64,000 nt of DNA from Eledone cirrhosa (lineage: Eukaryota): assembly GCA_964016885.1 (NCBI GenBank), contig OZ024743.1, forward strand, positions 274,970,001 through 275,034,000, in the 5' to 3' direction. The notes beneath the pieces were generated by a model. The model ran no database searches. It was not told the DNA's origin and worked only from the letters and a program-made list of their open reading frames with translations. The position numbers were made by a program, and so were the translations under genes. Shown here piece by piece: positions 46,455-58,640 of the stretch (position 1 is its first letter; every line of letters starts with the position of its first letter).

Positions 46455-46460
<6 letters not shown>
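45927..46460. mobile_element. Apparently perfect ~440-bp palindrome (pLTR fold-back) with HHR at 46357-46409
   Basis: 46021-46240 mirrors 46241-46460 with no loop; ctgc CTGAAGA ggtcacagcca-aaga-tggctgtcact GAAA tatata tagcag. Confidence 0.85.
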
Positions 46461-46518
<58 letters not shown>

Positions 46519-46522
<4 letters not shown>

Positions 46523-46870
46523 CTGTCACTACTCCAAAACAATAGCGTAAGGTCTTCGAAATGCTTTTAATTAAGCATACAGTGTATTGCAAAATACACT
46601 ATATATACATTCATATATATATCGCTATTTCAGAGCGCCAATTCTAATTTTCAATTTCTTCTTGATCGGCAACCGATCTGTATAATCAGTTCCTGATTAT
46701 TACTAGAATTCTATAAGAATCAAACATTCATGATTTTCAGCAAACAGGATTTGATAAGCACCAAAAAGTGCGAAACAGAGCTCTGTCAGCTTTATCTCCC
46801 CTGTTTGCTGAAAATTAAAGTAAGTGAGACTGTCACTACTCTAAAACAATAGCGTAAGGTCTTCGAAATT
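46519..46870 (+). mobile_element. 307-bp circularly permuted unit, diverged relative of the 316-bp family; HHR at 46748-46790
   Basis: Terminal direct repeat at 46519/46826; TTGATAA gcac-caaaaa-gtgc GAAA cagagctctg TC agc. Confidence 0.8.
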
Positions 46871-46899
46871 CTAATATATATATATATATATATATACAT

Positions 46900-47092
46900 A
46901 TAGGAAAATGTTCAAGACTCCGACGACAGAGCTCGAGCCGGTTCGACGGCTATGTCTCAGAAATAGCCGTCGAAACGACTCGAGCTCTGCCGTCGCGGTC
47001 TTGAACATTTTCTTATTACCCACTCTACTACCCTAAGTATTGAGTACTCTGGTGCGTTATGGTCCACCTGGTTCCTTATCACACTTCTTTCG

Positions 47093-47095
<3 letters not shown>
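46900..47095. mobile_element. Short fold-back of a Naiad-like pLTR 3' end
   Basis: 46901-46955 mirrors 46962-47014; homologous to 50643-50700 and 53240-53365. Confidence 0.75.
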
Positions 47096-47162
<67 letters not shown>

Positions 47163-47164
<2 letters not shown>

Positions 47165-47590
47165 TTCAAAATATTAATAAATGGATACAATCACATAATC
47201 AAAATATATATTTTATTATATATATTTAGGAGGTACTGTGCTGTTTTTTCAGTACGTCCTCATCAGATAAAATAATAAATTGATGCATGACATACCTCAA
47301 CAGTGCTGATGGTTCAATTCCAGTCTTGGCAGTGGAATTGAACCATCAGCACAGTTGAGGTATGTCATGCATCAATTTATGTATTTTATCTGATGAGGAC
47401 GTACTGAAAAAACAGCACAGTACTTCCTAAATATATATAATAAAATATATATTTTTATTATGTGATTGTATCCATTTATTAATATTTTGAATAATATTAA
47501 TAAGTCCAGAAAATGTAACTGTTGAGTGCTTTTAATCTATTGTAAAACTGTATTCATTGAATAATCAATGAACCTTGTTTAACATTTGGT
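47163..47590. mobile_element. Head-to-head pLTR fold-back with decayed HHR (47390)
   Basis: 47163-47322 mirrors 47333-47492; GAAA is changed to TAAA in both arms. Confidence 0.8.
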
Positions 47591-47627
47591 TATATATATA
47601 TATATATATATATAAATATATATATAT

Positions 47628-48358
47628 TCTCGCTGAATTTATATTTGCATTAATCTCCCGAGTCTTACAATTAACCTGTTAATAATTCTATTGACAGATT
47701 AATTGCATAAGTTTATTTTAAAAAACTACCCGATCGAGAGCTTATTCGATTTGTGCTATTTATGCAATTTTTTGCATGGATTTACACATACTGAATTCAT
47801 TTGGCAAAATCGTGGGTTTTTCCCCTGTGAGTTACACATGTGCTTTTACAAAACACTGTGTCATCCACAACACTGGCGCAGTACAAAATACCTGTTGATA
47901 ACGTGATATTCCTCGTTCGATCATTATACCAAAAACTTATTGTTTTAAGCAGACAGTATTATTGATTTAGGTGTCACAGAAACCCTGTACTGAATTTTAC
48001 CATCAATTCCAAGGGTCCGGGTTTGTTATATATATATATGTGTGTATATATATACATATAGCAATAAACAATAATACAGAGCAATAAACATAGGTTATAA
48101 AGGCCATAGAAAGTGAGAAGGCGGTTAAGAAGCCATTAACCACCTAGTTACGCATGTGCTTTTACAAAACACTGTGTCATCCACAATACTGGCGCAGAAC
48201 AAAATACATGTTGATAACGTGATATTCCTCGTTCCATCATTATACCAAAAGCTTATTGTTTTAAACAGACAGTATTGTTGATTTAGGTGTCACAGAAACC
48301 CTGTACTGGATTTTACCATCAATCCCAAGGGTCCAGGTTTGTTATATATATATATGTG

Positions 48359-48410
<52 letters not shown>

Positions 48411-48625
48411 TATGTCATTTATTTTGTCTGACCTGTTTAGCTTGACTTGTTTTTTGGCTTAGGTGGTTAATGGCTTCTTAACCGCCTTCTCAGTGTGTAT
48501 GGCCTTTATAACCTATGTTTATTGCTCTGGTCTTTTTTAGCCCATGGAGCTCATGACTCGGAATTTGCGTTACATTTGGCTTTTTCTACCCGCCGAAATG
48601 CGGTTCTCGCTGAATTTATATTTAT
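47628..48625 (+). repeat. Rearranged HHR-containing repeat with direct and inverted segments
   Basis: 47830-48030 is repeated at 48147-48345; 48077-48147 mirrors 48460-48530; TTGATAA cgtgatat..gtgtcaca GAAA ccctg TA at 47895 and 48211. Confidence 0.6.
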
Positions 48626-48983
48626 ATATATACATATATATATATAGTTGGTCATATTGGCATTTTTGTTAAATATTCTTCAATGAATAACTAATCAACC
48701 CAGTCTCCTACCATCATCGTTACCACTAGAGATGTCAGCAGAATCCAAGACTTGGGAAAGGCCAATGTCTTCAGTTTCCATTACGGAATGTTCATTATAA
48801 GTAAAGTAAAAAACAGAAAGAAAAGAGTAAAATAACCAACAATAATAACGATTAAATAATTATCAAAGTTATATCTAAAAGGTTAATTATAATAAAAACC
48901 ACCAGAGATATATATATATATATATATATACAGAGGGAGGGGGAGGGAGAGAGATAAAGAGAGAGAGGATATATATATGTGTT

Positions 48984-49050
<67 letters not shown>

Positions 49051-49138
49051 CATATATAGGAGTGTGTGTGTGTGTGCATGTACATATACATATATAATTA
49101 GACATATATTTATGCACACGTACAACACACACATACAC

Positions 49139-49217
<79 letters not shown>

Positions 49218-49899
49218 TATAGATATATATATAAAGAAAATTAGAGAAATGACTGTTAGCGATGCAGTCGCAGTTGTCATGATATTTTTGTGATAGATTA
49301 GTGGCGGGGTGGCTCAGCTCCTCTTTAAATTTCAGAAGAAGAATTTAGGCATATGTGGGAAGGTTGAAATTAATTACGCTGTATTCATTTGAAATTGTGG
49401 TAGCCTGCCGAAGGATGTGGTGTTTCTCTGTAAGACAGAAGCCGCAGGAGTTTGATACTTTCTTAAATGCCTATGCCATATCTAATACTATCTACGAACT
49501 GCTGGTAACTTTTCTTTTGTCACTTTGATGTGTTCGAAGTATGTGAACTGTTAAACTTTTTATGGCTCAAGGAAATGTAGGACTATTTTAATGGTATTCG
49601 CGTAGATTTGTAAACAGCCGATAGGCAGCAGGATTTTGAACAGCATACACACACTTACACATGCATATATATGTATGTACACCTCTTCATATATGTATGT
49701 ATATGCATATATATATGTGTGTATGTGAGAGAGAGAGAGAGTGTGTGTTTGTGTGCGTGTGTGTATGTGCATGTATGTGTGAGTGTGCGTGCGTGTGTGT
49801 GCGTGTGTGTGTGTATTTCTGTGTGTGAGTGTGTGTATATAAGTATATGTATGTATATGTGTATATATATATATATGTGCGTGTGCGTATATATGTATA

Positions 49900-50056
<157 letters not shown>

Positions 50057-50178
50057 TATATAAATACGGTGAAAGCTATTCTATTTTCTAATTTCAAACC
50101 TGCTCACTGTTTCAAAACATACTTGCCATTTAAACTCGCTAACAATGTAGCTTCTAATTTGAATGGAAAGAGATGGGT

Positions 50179-50249
50179 GATGTGTTGGTGTAATGGTAGC
50201 ACAGTGATCGCGATAACCAAAGATGTGGGTTCGACTCCCATGTACGTCA
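50179..50249 (+). pseudogene. tRNA-like cloverleaf (pseudo-tRNA) inside a 256-bp permuted unit
   Basis: A box TGGTGTAATGG, D stem gtgt/gcac, T arm gtggg-ttcgact-cccat, acceptor gatgtgt/gtacgtc; anticodon stem mispaired. Confidence 0.6.
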
Positions 50250-50409
50250 ATACTCATCTTTTTCCATTTATCCGAGGGTTCTAAACCCCATTATCAGGCT
50301 AAAATTCCTTTAGTCAAAAATACGGTGAAAGCTATTCTATTTTCTAATTTCGAACCTGCTCACTGTTTCAAAACATACTTACTTGATATATATATATATA
50401 TATATATGT

Positions 50410-50570
50410 GTGATAAACAACATAAGGCAATTATTCCATTTACCAGTGGTTTCTTAAAAGCAAAAGGTTTTGCTTTCAATCCTCAGATTTCTGAGGATTG
50501 AAAGCAAAACCTTTTGCTTTTAAGAAACCACTGGTAAATGGAATAATTGCCTTATGTTGTTTATTACATA
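50410..50570. mobile_element. Small fold-back turning at an HHR 5' end (HHR 50487-50540)
   Basis: cctcaga-tt-tctgagg centre; CTGAGGA ttgaaagcaaaa-cc-ttttgcttttaa GAAA cca-c-tgg TA. Confidence 0.8.
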
Positions 50571-50612
50571 ATAATAATATATATATATATATATATATAT
50601 GTGTGTCTGTGC

Positions 50613-50642
<30 letters not shown>

Positions 50643-50643
<1 letters not shown>

Positions 50644-53365
50644 GGAGAAAGTATGACCCCGACGGCTGAGCTCAAGCCGTTTCGACGGCTATTTCTGGAC
50701 TAAAGTAAGAGTTTTTTTAGTCTGGTAAATAAATAGCAGAATTTTTCAAGGGGTACTTCCTTATATGGGAAGATTGTAGTTGTCAAGAGGATTGGTCAAA
50801 ATTTGTAGCAGACACAGAAAAGTCTATCATGGCAGTGGGTGGGGGTGGGGTGGCTGAACTTGCCTGTAGAACGATAGGGGAGTGGGTAGAGCCGGTCAAG
50901 CGTAGAAGTTGAAATCTACACGGCATATTCTAAGAAATGTGTAAGAAAGTAGGCCAGAGGAGGTTGGCGAAAAAATGTTTCTATAAAAAATGGAAGATGG
51001 ACGTTATAGAAATAGTAAATCAAATAAGATTAGGGGACAATGAAAAAATATAATTAAAAAGAATATAATAAAAAATGAGAGAAAGATGTATCAGAATGTA
51101 AGATTGGAAAGTGAGAAGTGAATTAAAACAAAAACTAAAGAGTCATTAGTGGGTGCTGCTTTTTCGGCCAAAGCTATGGAATGAGTTGCTAGATGAGTAT
51201 TATTGAAAATTTAGGATTAAAAATTAATACCACATCTCTGGGATCTAACACAGCTGCTATGAATAATTAGTATAGCGTAATCGGCGAATGCTATCTGTAA
51301 GGTACTGGGGTGGGGGTACTGAGGTTAGAGGGGCCCGATGGGCTGCCTCGGAGTAGGCGAAAGGGGGAAAAAACAAAGAAACGAACGAGGAAGAAGTTCG
51401 GTGGTGGAAAGGAGTGATAGGAGGAGACAAAGGGAAGAAGAAAACATAGAGGTAAAGAAAAGAGGTACATCTACCTATAAAAGTTGGGGTTTACCCTATC
51501 TTATTCGGCAAGTGGGGTGTTTCAGTCCTTGTCTACCCACCCAGATAGTTAGGGGGTTTGAGGGCGAGGTAAGTCTTCCGCAATCTGTGTTTGTATGCGG
51601 TTAGCAGTTCGTCTTTTTTGTTTAGGGGTTGATCCTTCGTAAACACATTTGTAATGGTTCCTCCGAGCATAAGTTACACGGACGGCGTCCACCCGTGTAA
51701 GAGTTAGCTCTGGACAGTAAGCTCCAAGTAAGATGGTAAGTTATATTATTATCTTGGAGGTCCCAGATATGGCCCGAAAGTGAGGTGGCATGTCGCCGGA
51801 CCGGGTTTCGGAACGTATGTCGGTGTTGGTAGAGCCGGGTCTTAAAGTCACAAGCGGTTAATCCTATATAAGCTTTGTTGGAGGTGTCCGTCCTTACGTT
51901 GACTGGTAGATCACGTTCCGTGCTCGGCATCTGTTGTTGAGGGGGAACGTAAATCTATCAGGGCAGTTACACCTCCTGGTCGGTTCTCCACTAATTTCTA
52001 GGTTGTTTCTTCCATAGGGGTTGAGTTTTTTGTTGTTTGAGGAGACGATGTTTTGTGCGAAGTTATGTGTGGTACTGTAGGATAGCTTGATAGTGTTTTT
52101 GTTGATTATGTTGTGGTAGCGGTGTTGTGGTGGAAAATGTTTTTCGAGGAGCCTAAAGAAGATTTTCCCGATAGGTGTTGCCACCTCGGCATTGTGGGGA
52201 GGATTGAACCACGTTACGTGGCGTGGGCGGCGGCGTCGCCTGCTGGTTCCGCTAAGGGAAGCTGGATAAAAGGATATTTCCTCCCGGAAGCCACTCCGCT
52301 TGAGGGCCTGGTTGTAATGAGGCGCATGTTCGTCGAATATCTGCTCATTAGCGGACAAACGAGATATTCGGAGGGAGATGTTTTTACCCAGATTATTGGT
52401 GATGTTTCTAGGATTGTTAGAGCGGCGGTGGATGTAGTGCAGGTTGTCGTTTGGTTTCCTGTATGGGTAGTACAGATCATTTTCGAGGTTGAGGGTAATG
52501 TCCAGGAAATTGACTCGGGTTAGGGATGTTTGTAGGGTGATTTTAAATCCCCAACTACTGGGGTTGTACCCTTTGAGGGTAAGGAGCTCATCGTCTCGGT
52601 ACAATCCACCGCCGAATGCGGGAAGCATTTCGGTGAGTTTAAATAGTAGGAATAATCCTATAAGATCGGTGACCTCGGCCGAATCGGTCGCGTCCATGCT
52701 GACGTCGAAGGGGGAGTCGGGAGCTCTCTTTATCCACTTGGAGTTGTCGAAAAGTAGGACTGTCTTCCTGGCGTGGAGAATGATATTTCTTTCCTGGTCG
52801 GTGATGGGCACGAGTGTTTCGACAAAGTCCAAGGCGGCCGTAAGGAGCGGTAAGGTAAGAGATGCATAGTAACTCTCTATGTGAAACCGGATGAATTTTG
52901 TGTCCCGTTTGTCCTCAATATTCCTGAACCATGAGATTACTTCCTGGGTGCTAACCCATAGGCTAAGTCACGCGTTTTGCTTAACTTTTGGTATAACGCG
53001 GTCTAGAATGTTTTTACTGATTCTCCCTATGTCCGACTTCGTCGGGTTTATAAGCCTGATGGATGGTTTGCGGTCGAAGTCAGATTTGTGGTCCTTCAGT
53101 GTGAAGTAGGGAGCCCGTGGGTCGAAGGGTTCAGTGCGGTCTGCGACCCCGAGCCTAGAAGTAATTTGTTGTCCCTCTAGATTTATGTCCTCGATCGGCT
53201 ATTTATTTACCAGACTAAAAAAAAACTCTTATTTTAGTCCAGAAATAGCCGTCGAGAGGGCTTGAGCTCTGCTGTCGGGGTCATACTTTCTCCTATTACC
53301 CACTCTACTACCCTAAGTATTGAGTAATCTGGTGCGTTATAATCCATCTGGTTCCTTACCACTAC
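50643..53365 (-). mobile_element. 5'-truncated PLE (Naiad-like) RT and GIY-YIG, with 3' pLTR and inverted 5' pLTR arm (53197-53365)
   Basis: FDVSMDATDSAE, GLYRDD, VNFLDITL, PYRKPN, TWFNPP, CNC, YIGLT..FKTR, CNLCSEE; HHR at 50657-50753(-) cccc TTGAAAA..GAAA cggcttgagctcagccg TC gggg. Confidence 0.9.
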
Positions 53366-53416
53366 ATATGTATATATATACATTTATATATATACATATA
53401 TTTATTATATATATAC

Positions 53417-53540
<124 letters not shown>

Positions 53541-53892
53541 GAGAGAGATTTGAAGCTCTCACTAGCAGATTCAGTCTAGCGGCAACTTGCTGTGAAGATC
53601 ACTTGTTGGCTCTCCACCCACTCAGCAGTTGTAATCTCGGGTAGGATTCTTAAGGAGTGCGTGTTGTTTAATAATCACAAGAACATCCAGTGGGGGATAA
53701 CTGGGCTATCGTATATTGGCACCAGATGCACTGCAGGAATCGCTGCCAGACACTTATTAAATGACAATAAATAAACTGTCACTCAGCCATTCATTGGCAT
53801 ATTTTTTATTCAAACGTATAAATACTTACATTTAGAGATATCTTAACACAGACGCATGTAAACAACGTTGTACACACATGAATACATCCCAC

Positions 53893-53976
<84 letters not shown>

Positions 53977-54263
53977 TCAGGTTTGAAGGTTCACCACTGG
54001 ATAGAGCTGGTCAATTCCGTATGGTCAATCTTAATGTAATAATATGGAGAGTACTCAACGTAAAGCAGTTCAGCCGTCTTCGTTTTTGTAGTTGGTGGTG
54101 CTATTACGGAGTTAAATATTATAATATAATGACAGGAGGCTGGACTTGTGTAAATCCTTAAATCCTTGAAAGGTTTATTATACTATGATCATTTCAATGA
54201 CCGGGTTCCGTATGAATCCGGTGATATCAGGTATTCGAAGAAATATATATATATATATATATA

Positions 54264-57200
54264 TAACAATATATTTAGAAACACACAGATACATGCGGAC
54301 ACACACATATACATGAATGCATCCACACCCAACCGTGAGTTAAGGGTGCCAACCTCACCGATGTTGCTCAATGAATGACTGGGACAGACCAATCCGGTTG
54401 AACCAGACTGAACCAGTATCAGAGTTAAAAATACATTATGAAGAGAGAAGGAACATTTAGATATAATTAGTAATAAAATGTATCATACCTAAACTGCTCC
54501 TAGATTCCTCGACTACGTAGTTTCGTGGCATAAACAAAAACAATACATCATAAAGATATAGAGTCCTTGCGAGGTCTGCCGACTTATCAAGAGGATACCT
54601 CATTTTACTAGCCTCAAGAACGCGTCTACACGACGTGAGAAAGAATCCCAAAAGGCGGAGGGGGAGATAGTCACGCGATATAACGGTCGAGATACAGAGC
54701 TAAGCCTCTTATGACACCGAAGAAAATACCACGGAGGCGGAGGGGGTATTTATATCGAAGCCGTAGAAGAGGTGGTGAAGGAGGCGAGAAGTATGAGTAA
54801 TGGCAGCTTTCCAGCAGTCACCACACTTCAAAGATTACTCGACCAGAGGGAGTTATTAACAATATATTTAGAAACACACAGATACATGCGGACACACACA
54901 TATACATGAATGCATTCACACCCAACCGTGAGTTAAGGGTGCCAACCTCACCGATGTTGCTCAATGAATGACTGGGACAGACCAATCCGGTTGAACCAGA
55001 CTGAACCAGTATCAGAGTTAAAAATACATTATGAAGAGAGAAGGAACATTTAGATATAATTAGTAATAAAATGTATCATACCTAAACTGCTCCTAGATTC
55101 CTCGACTACGTAGTTTCGTGGCATAAACAAAAACAATACATCATAAAGATATAGAGTCCTTGCGAGGTCTGCCGACTTATCAAGAGGATACCTCATTTTA
55201 CTAGCCTCAAGAACGCGTCTACACGACGTGAGAAAGAATCCCAAAAGGCGGAGGGGGAGATAGTCACGCGATATAACGGTCGAGATACAGAGCTAAGCCT
55301 CTTATAACCCCGAAGAAAATACCACGGAGGCGGAGGGGGTATTTATATCGAAGCCGTAGAAGAGGTGGTGAAGGAGGCGAGAAGTATGAGTAATGGCAGC
55401 TTTCCAGCAGTCACCACACTTCAAAGATTACTCGACCAGAGGGAGTTATTAACAATATATTTAGAAACACACAGATACATGCGGACACACACATATACAT
55501 GAATGCATTCACACCCAACCGTGAGTTAAGGGTGCCAACCTCACCGATGTTGCTCAATGAATGACTGGGACAGACAAATCCGGTTGAACCAGACTGAACC
55601 AGTATCAGAGTTAAAAATACATTATGAAGAGAGAAGGAACATTTAGATATAATTAGTAATAAAATGTATCATACCTAAACTGCTCCTAGATTCCTCGACT
55701 ACGTAGTTTCGTGGCATAAACAAAAACAATACATCATAAAGATATAGAGTCCTTGCGAGGTCTGCCGACTTATCAAGAGGATACCTCATTTTACTAGCCT
55801 CAAGAACGCGTCTACACGACGTGAGAAAGAATCCCAAAAGGCGGAGGGGGAGATAGTCACGCGATATAACGGTCGAGATACAGAGCTAAGCCTCTTATAA
55901 CCCCGAAGAAAATACCACGGAGGCGGAGGGGGTATTTATATCGAAGCCGTAGAAGAGGTGGTGAAGGAGGCGAGAAGTATGAGTAATGGCAGCTTTCCAG
56001 CAGTCACCACACTTCAAAGATTACTCGACCAGAGGGAGTTATTAACAATATATTTAGAAACACACAGATACATGCGGACACACACATATACATGAATGCA
56101 TTCACACCCAACCGTGAGTTAAGGGTGCCAACCTCACCGATGTTGCTCAATGAATGACTGGGACAGACCAATCCGGTTGAACCAGACTGAACCAGTATCA
56201 GAGTTAAAAATACATTATGAAGAGAGAAGGAACATTTAGATATAATTAGTAATAAAATGTATCATACCTAAACTGCTCCTAGATTCCTCGACTACGTAGT
56301 TTCGTGGCATAAACAAAAACAATACATCATAAAGATATAGAGTCCTTGCGAGGTCTGCCGACTTATCAAGAGGATACCTCATTTTACTAGCCTCAAGAAC
56401 GCGTCTACACGACGTGAGAAAGAATCCCAAAAGGCGGAGGGGGAGATAGTCACGCGATATAACGGTCGAGATACAGAGCTAAGCCTCTTATAACCCCGAA
56501 GAAAATACCACGGAGGCGGAGGGGGTATTTATATCGAAGCCGTAGAAGAGGTGGTGAAGGGGGCGAGAAGTATGAGTAATGGCAGCTTTCCAGCAGTCAC
56601 CACACTTCAAAGATTACTCGACCAGAGGGAGTTATTAACAATATATTTAGAAACACACAGATACATGCGGACACACACATATACATGAATGCATTCACAC
56701 CCAACCGTGAGTTAAGGGTGCCAACCTCACCGATGTTGCTCAATGAATGACTGGGACAGACCAATCCGGTTGAACCAGACTGAACCAGTATCAGAGTTAA
56801 AAATACATTATGAAGAGAGAAGGAACATTTAGATATAATTAGTAATAAAATGTATCATACCTAAACTGCTCCTAGATTCCTCGACTACGTAGTTTCGTGG
56901 CATAAACAAAAACAATACATCATAAAGATATAGAGTCCTTGCGAGGTCTGCCGACTTATCAAGAGGATACCTCATTTTACTAGCCTCAAGAACGCGTCTA
57001 CACGACGTGAGAAAGAATCCCAAAAGGCGGAGGGGGAGATAGTCACGCGATATAACGGTCGAGAAACAGAGCTAAGCCTCTTATAACCCCGAAGAAAATA
57101 CCACGGAGGCGGAGGGGGTATTTATATCGAAGCCGTAGAAGAGGTGGTGAAGGGGCGAGAAGTATGAGTAATGGCAGCTTTCCAGCAGTCACCACACTTC

Positions 57201-57430
57201 AAAGATTACTCGACCAGAGGGAGTTATTAACAATATATTTAGAAACACACAGATACATGCGGACACACACATATACATGAATGCATCCACACCCAACCGT
57301 GAGTTAAGGGTGCCAACCTCACCGATGTTGCTCAATGAATGACTGGGACAGACCAATCCGGTTGAACCAGACTGAACCAGTATCAGAGTTAAAAATACAT
57401 TATGAAGAGAGAAGGAACATTTAGATATAA
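54264..57430 (-). repeat. Tandem array of ~5.3 x 593-bp units, one hammerhead per unit (retrozyme-like)
   Basis: Unit starts at 54264, 54857, 55450, 56043, 56636, ~57228; only a handful of differences; HHRs at 54506-54595, 55099-55188, 55692-55781, 56285-56374, 56878-56967. Confidence 0.92.
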
Positions 57431-57743
57431 ATACCCCCTCCGCCTCCGTGATATTTTCTTCGGGGTTATAAGAGGCTTAGCTCTGTATCTCGACCGTTAT
57501 ATCGCGTGACTATCTCCCCCTCCGCCTTTTGGGATTCTTTCTCACGTCGTGTAGACGCGTTCTTGAGGCTAGTAAAATGAGGTATCCTCTTGATAAGTCG
57601 GCAGACCTCGCAAGGACTCTATATCTTTATGATGTATTGTTTTTGTTTATGCCACGAAACTACGTAGTCGAGGAATCTAGGAGCAGTTTAGGTATGATAC
57701 ATTTTATTACTAATTATATCTAAATGTTCCTTCTCTCTTCATA

Positions 57744-57746
<3 letters not shown>
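57424..57746 (+). repeat. Inverted terminal arm of the 593-bp array
   Basis: Reverse complement of a unit segment; junction microhomology GATATAA at 57424-57430; ends in (TA)n. Confidence 0.9.
57585..57674 (+). ncRNA. Type I hammerhead ribozyme, U3-A8 variant, palindromic stem III
   Basis: tcctc TTGATAA gtcggca..tgccac GAAA ctacgtag TC gagga; predicted cleavage after C57669. Confidence 0.85.
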
Positions 57747-57820
<74 letters not shown>

Positions 57821-57955
57821 TACTTATTCATCCATTTGTTTCTATATATAAATTGGACACACAAACGTACATTTATTAATTTGCATAGACGCAAATACAC
57901 GGGCACGCTCAACAATAGGAAAATACATAAATATATACATCAATCACACGCACTC

Positions 57956-58023
<68 letters not shown>

Positions 58024-58154
58024 AAATATATATATGCATATAACTTTTTTCCTGTCCAAGACCTTTTATGACCAATTTGCTAGACTATTTGGCTTCTAAG
58101 TTAATTTTCAAATGTAACCCATTTGCAGCGCCGCAGCTCCCTTATTATCATATT

Positions 58155-58205
<51 letters not shown>

Positions 58206-58361
58206 ACAAAAAGTTATCGCTCTACATGACTGAATACAGTAAAGAGCAAGAATGCGGGGCTCATTCTACTGACATGGCTTAAAAGAGGCTGTTTGCATAA
58301 TTGCAAACGAATCGAATATTATTATTAATATTCGAAAAACTCAGATTACATTTATATATAT

Positions 58362-58640
58362 ATAATATAAAATCAAAAGATGGTTAAAAGAGTTCCATGT
58401 ATTTTATTATGCGCATTTCAAAAATCATGGGATGATATTTGCGTTCTCATCTGATGAGAACGCAAATATCATCCCATGATGATATTTGTTTTTGAAATGC
58501 GTATAATAAAATACATGGAACTCTTTTAACCATCTTTTGATTTTATATTATTTATACTCCAGTCCTATAAACTGTTGAGTGCTACTTATCCGATATTTGC
58601 ATTGCTTTATTGTGCTACAATAAAACTCACCTCCTACATA
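58362..58640. mobile_element. Head-to-head pLTR fold-back centred on an HHR core (58451)
   Basis: gcgttctcatc-t-gatgagaacgc centre; same family as 44678-45100. Confidence 0.8.

Noticed and set aside
54264-57430. CRISPR array, or 5S/snRNA/histone gene array
   Set aside because: There are no variable spacers and no recognisable 5S, U snRNA or histone sequence
54457-57723. Identical 64-aa ORF (MGFFLTSCRR...) in every 593-bp unit
   Set aside because: It has a TTG start and no recognisable domain, overlaps the ribozyme, and its identity only reflects the DNA repeat
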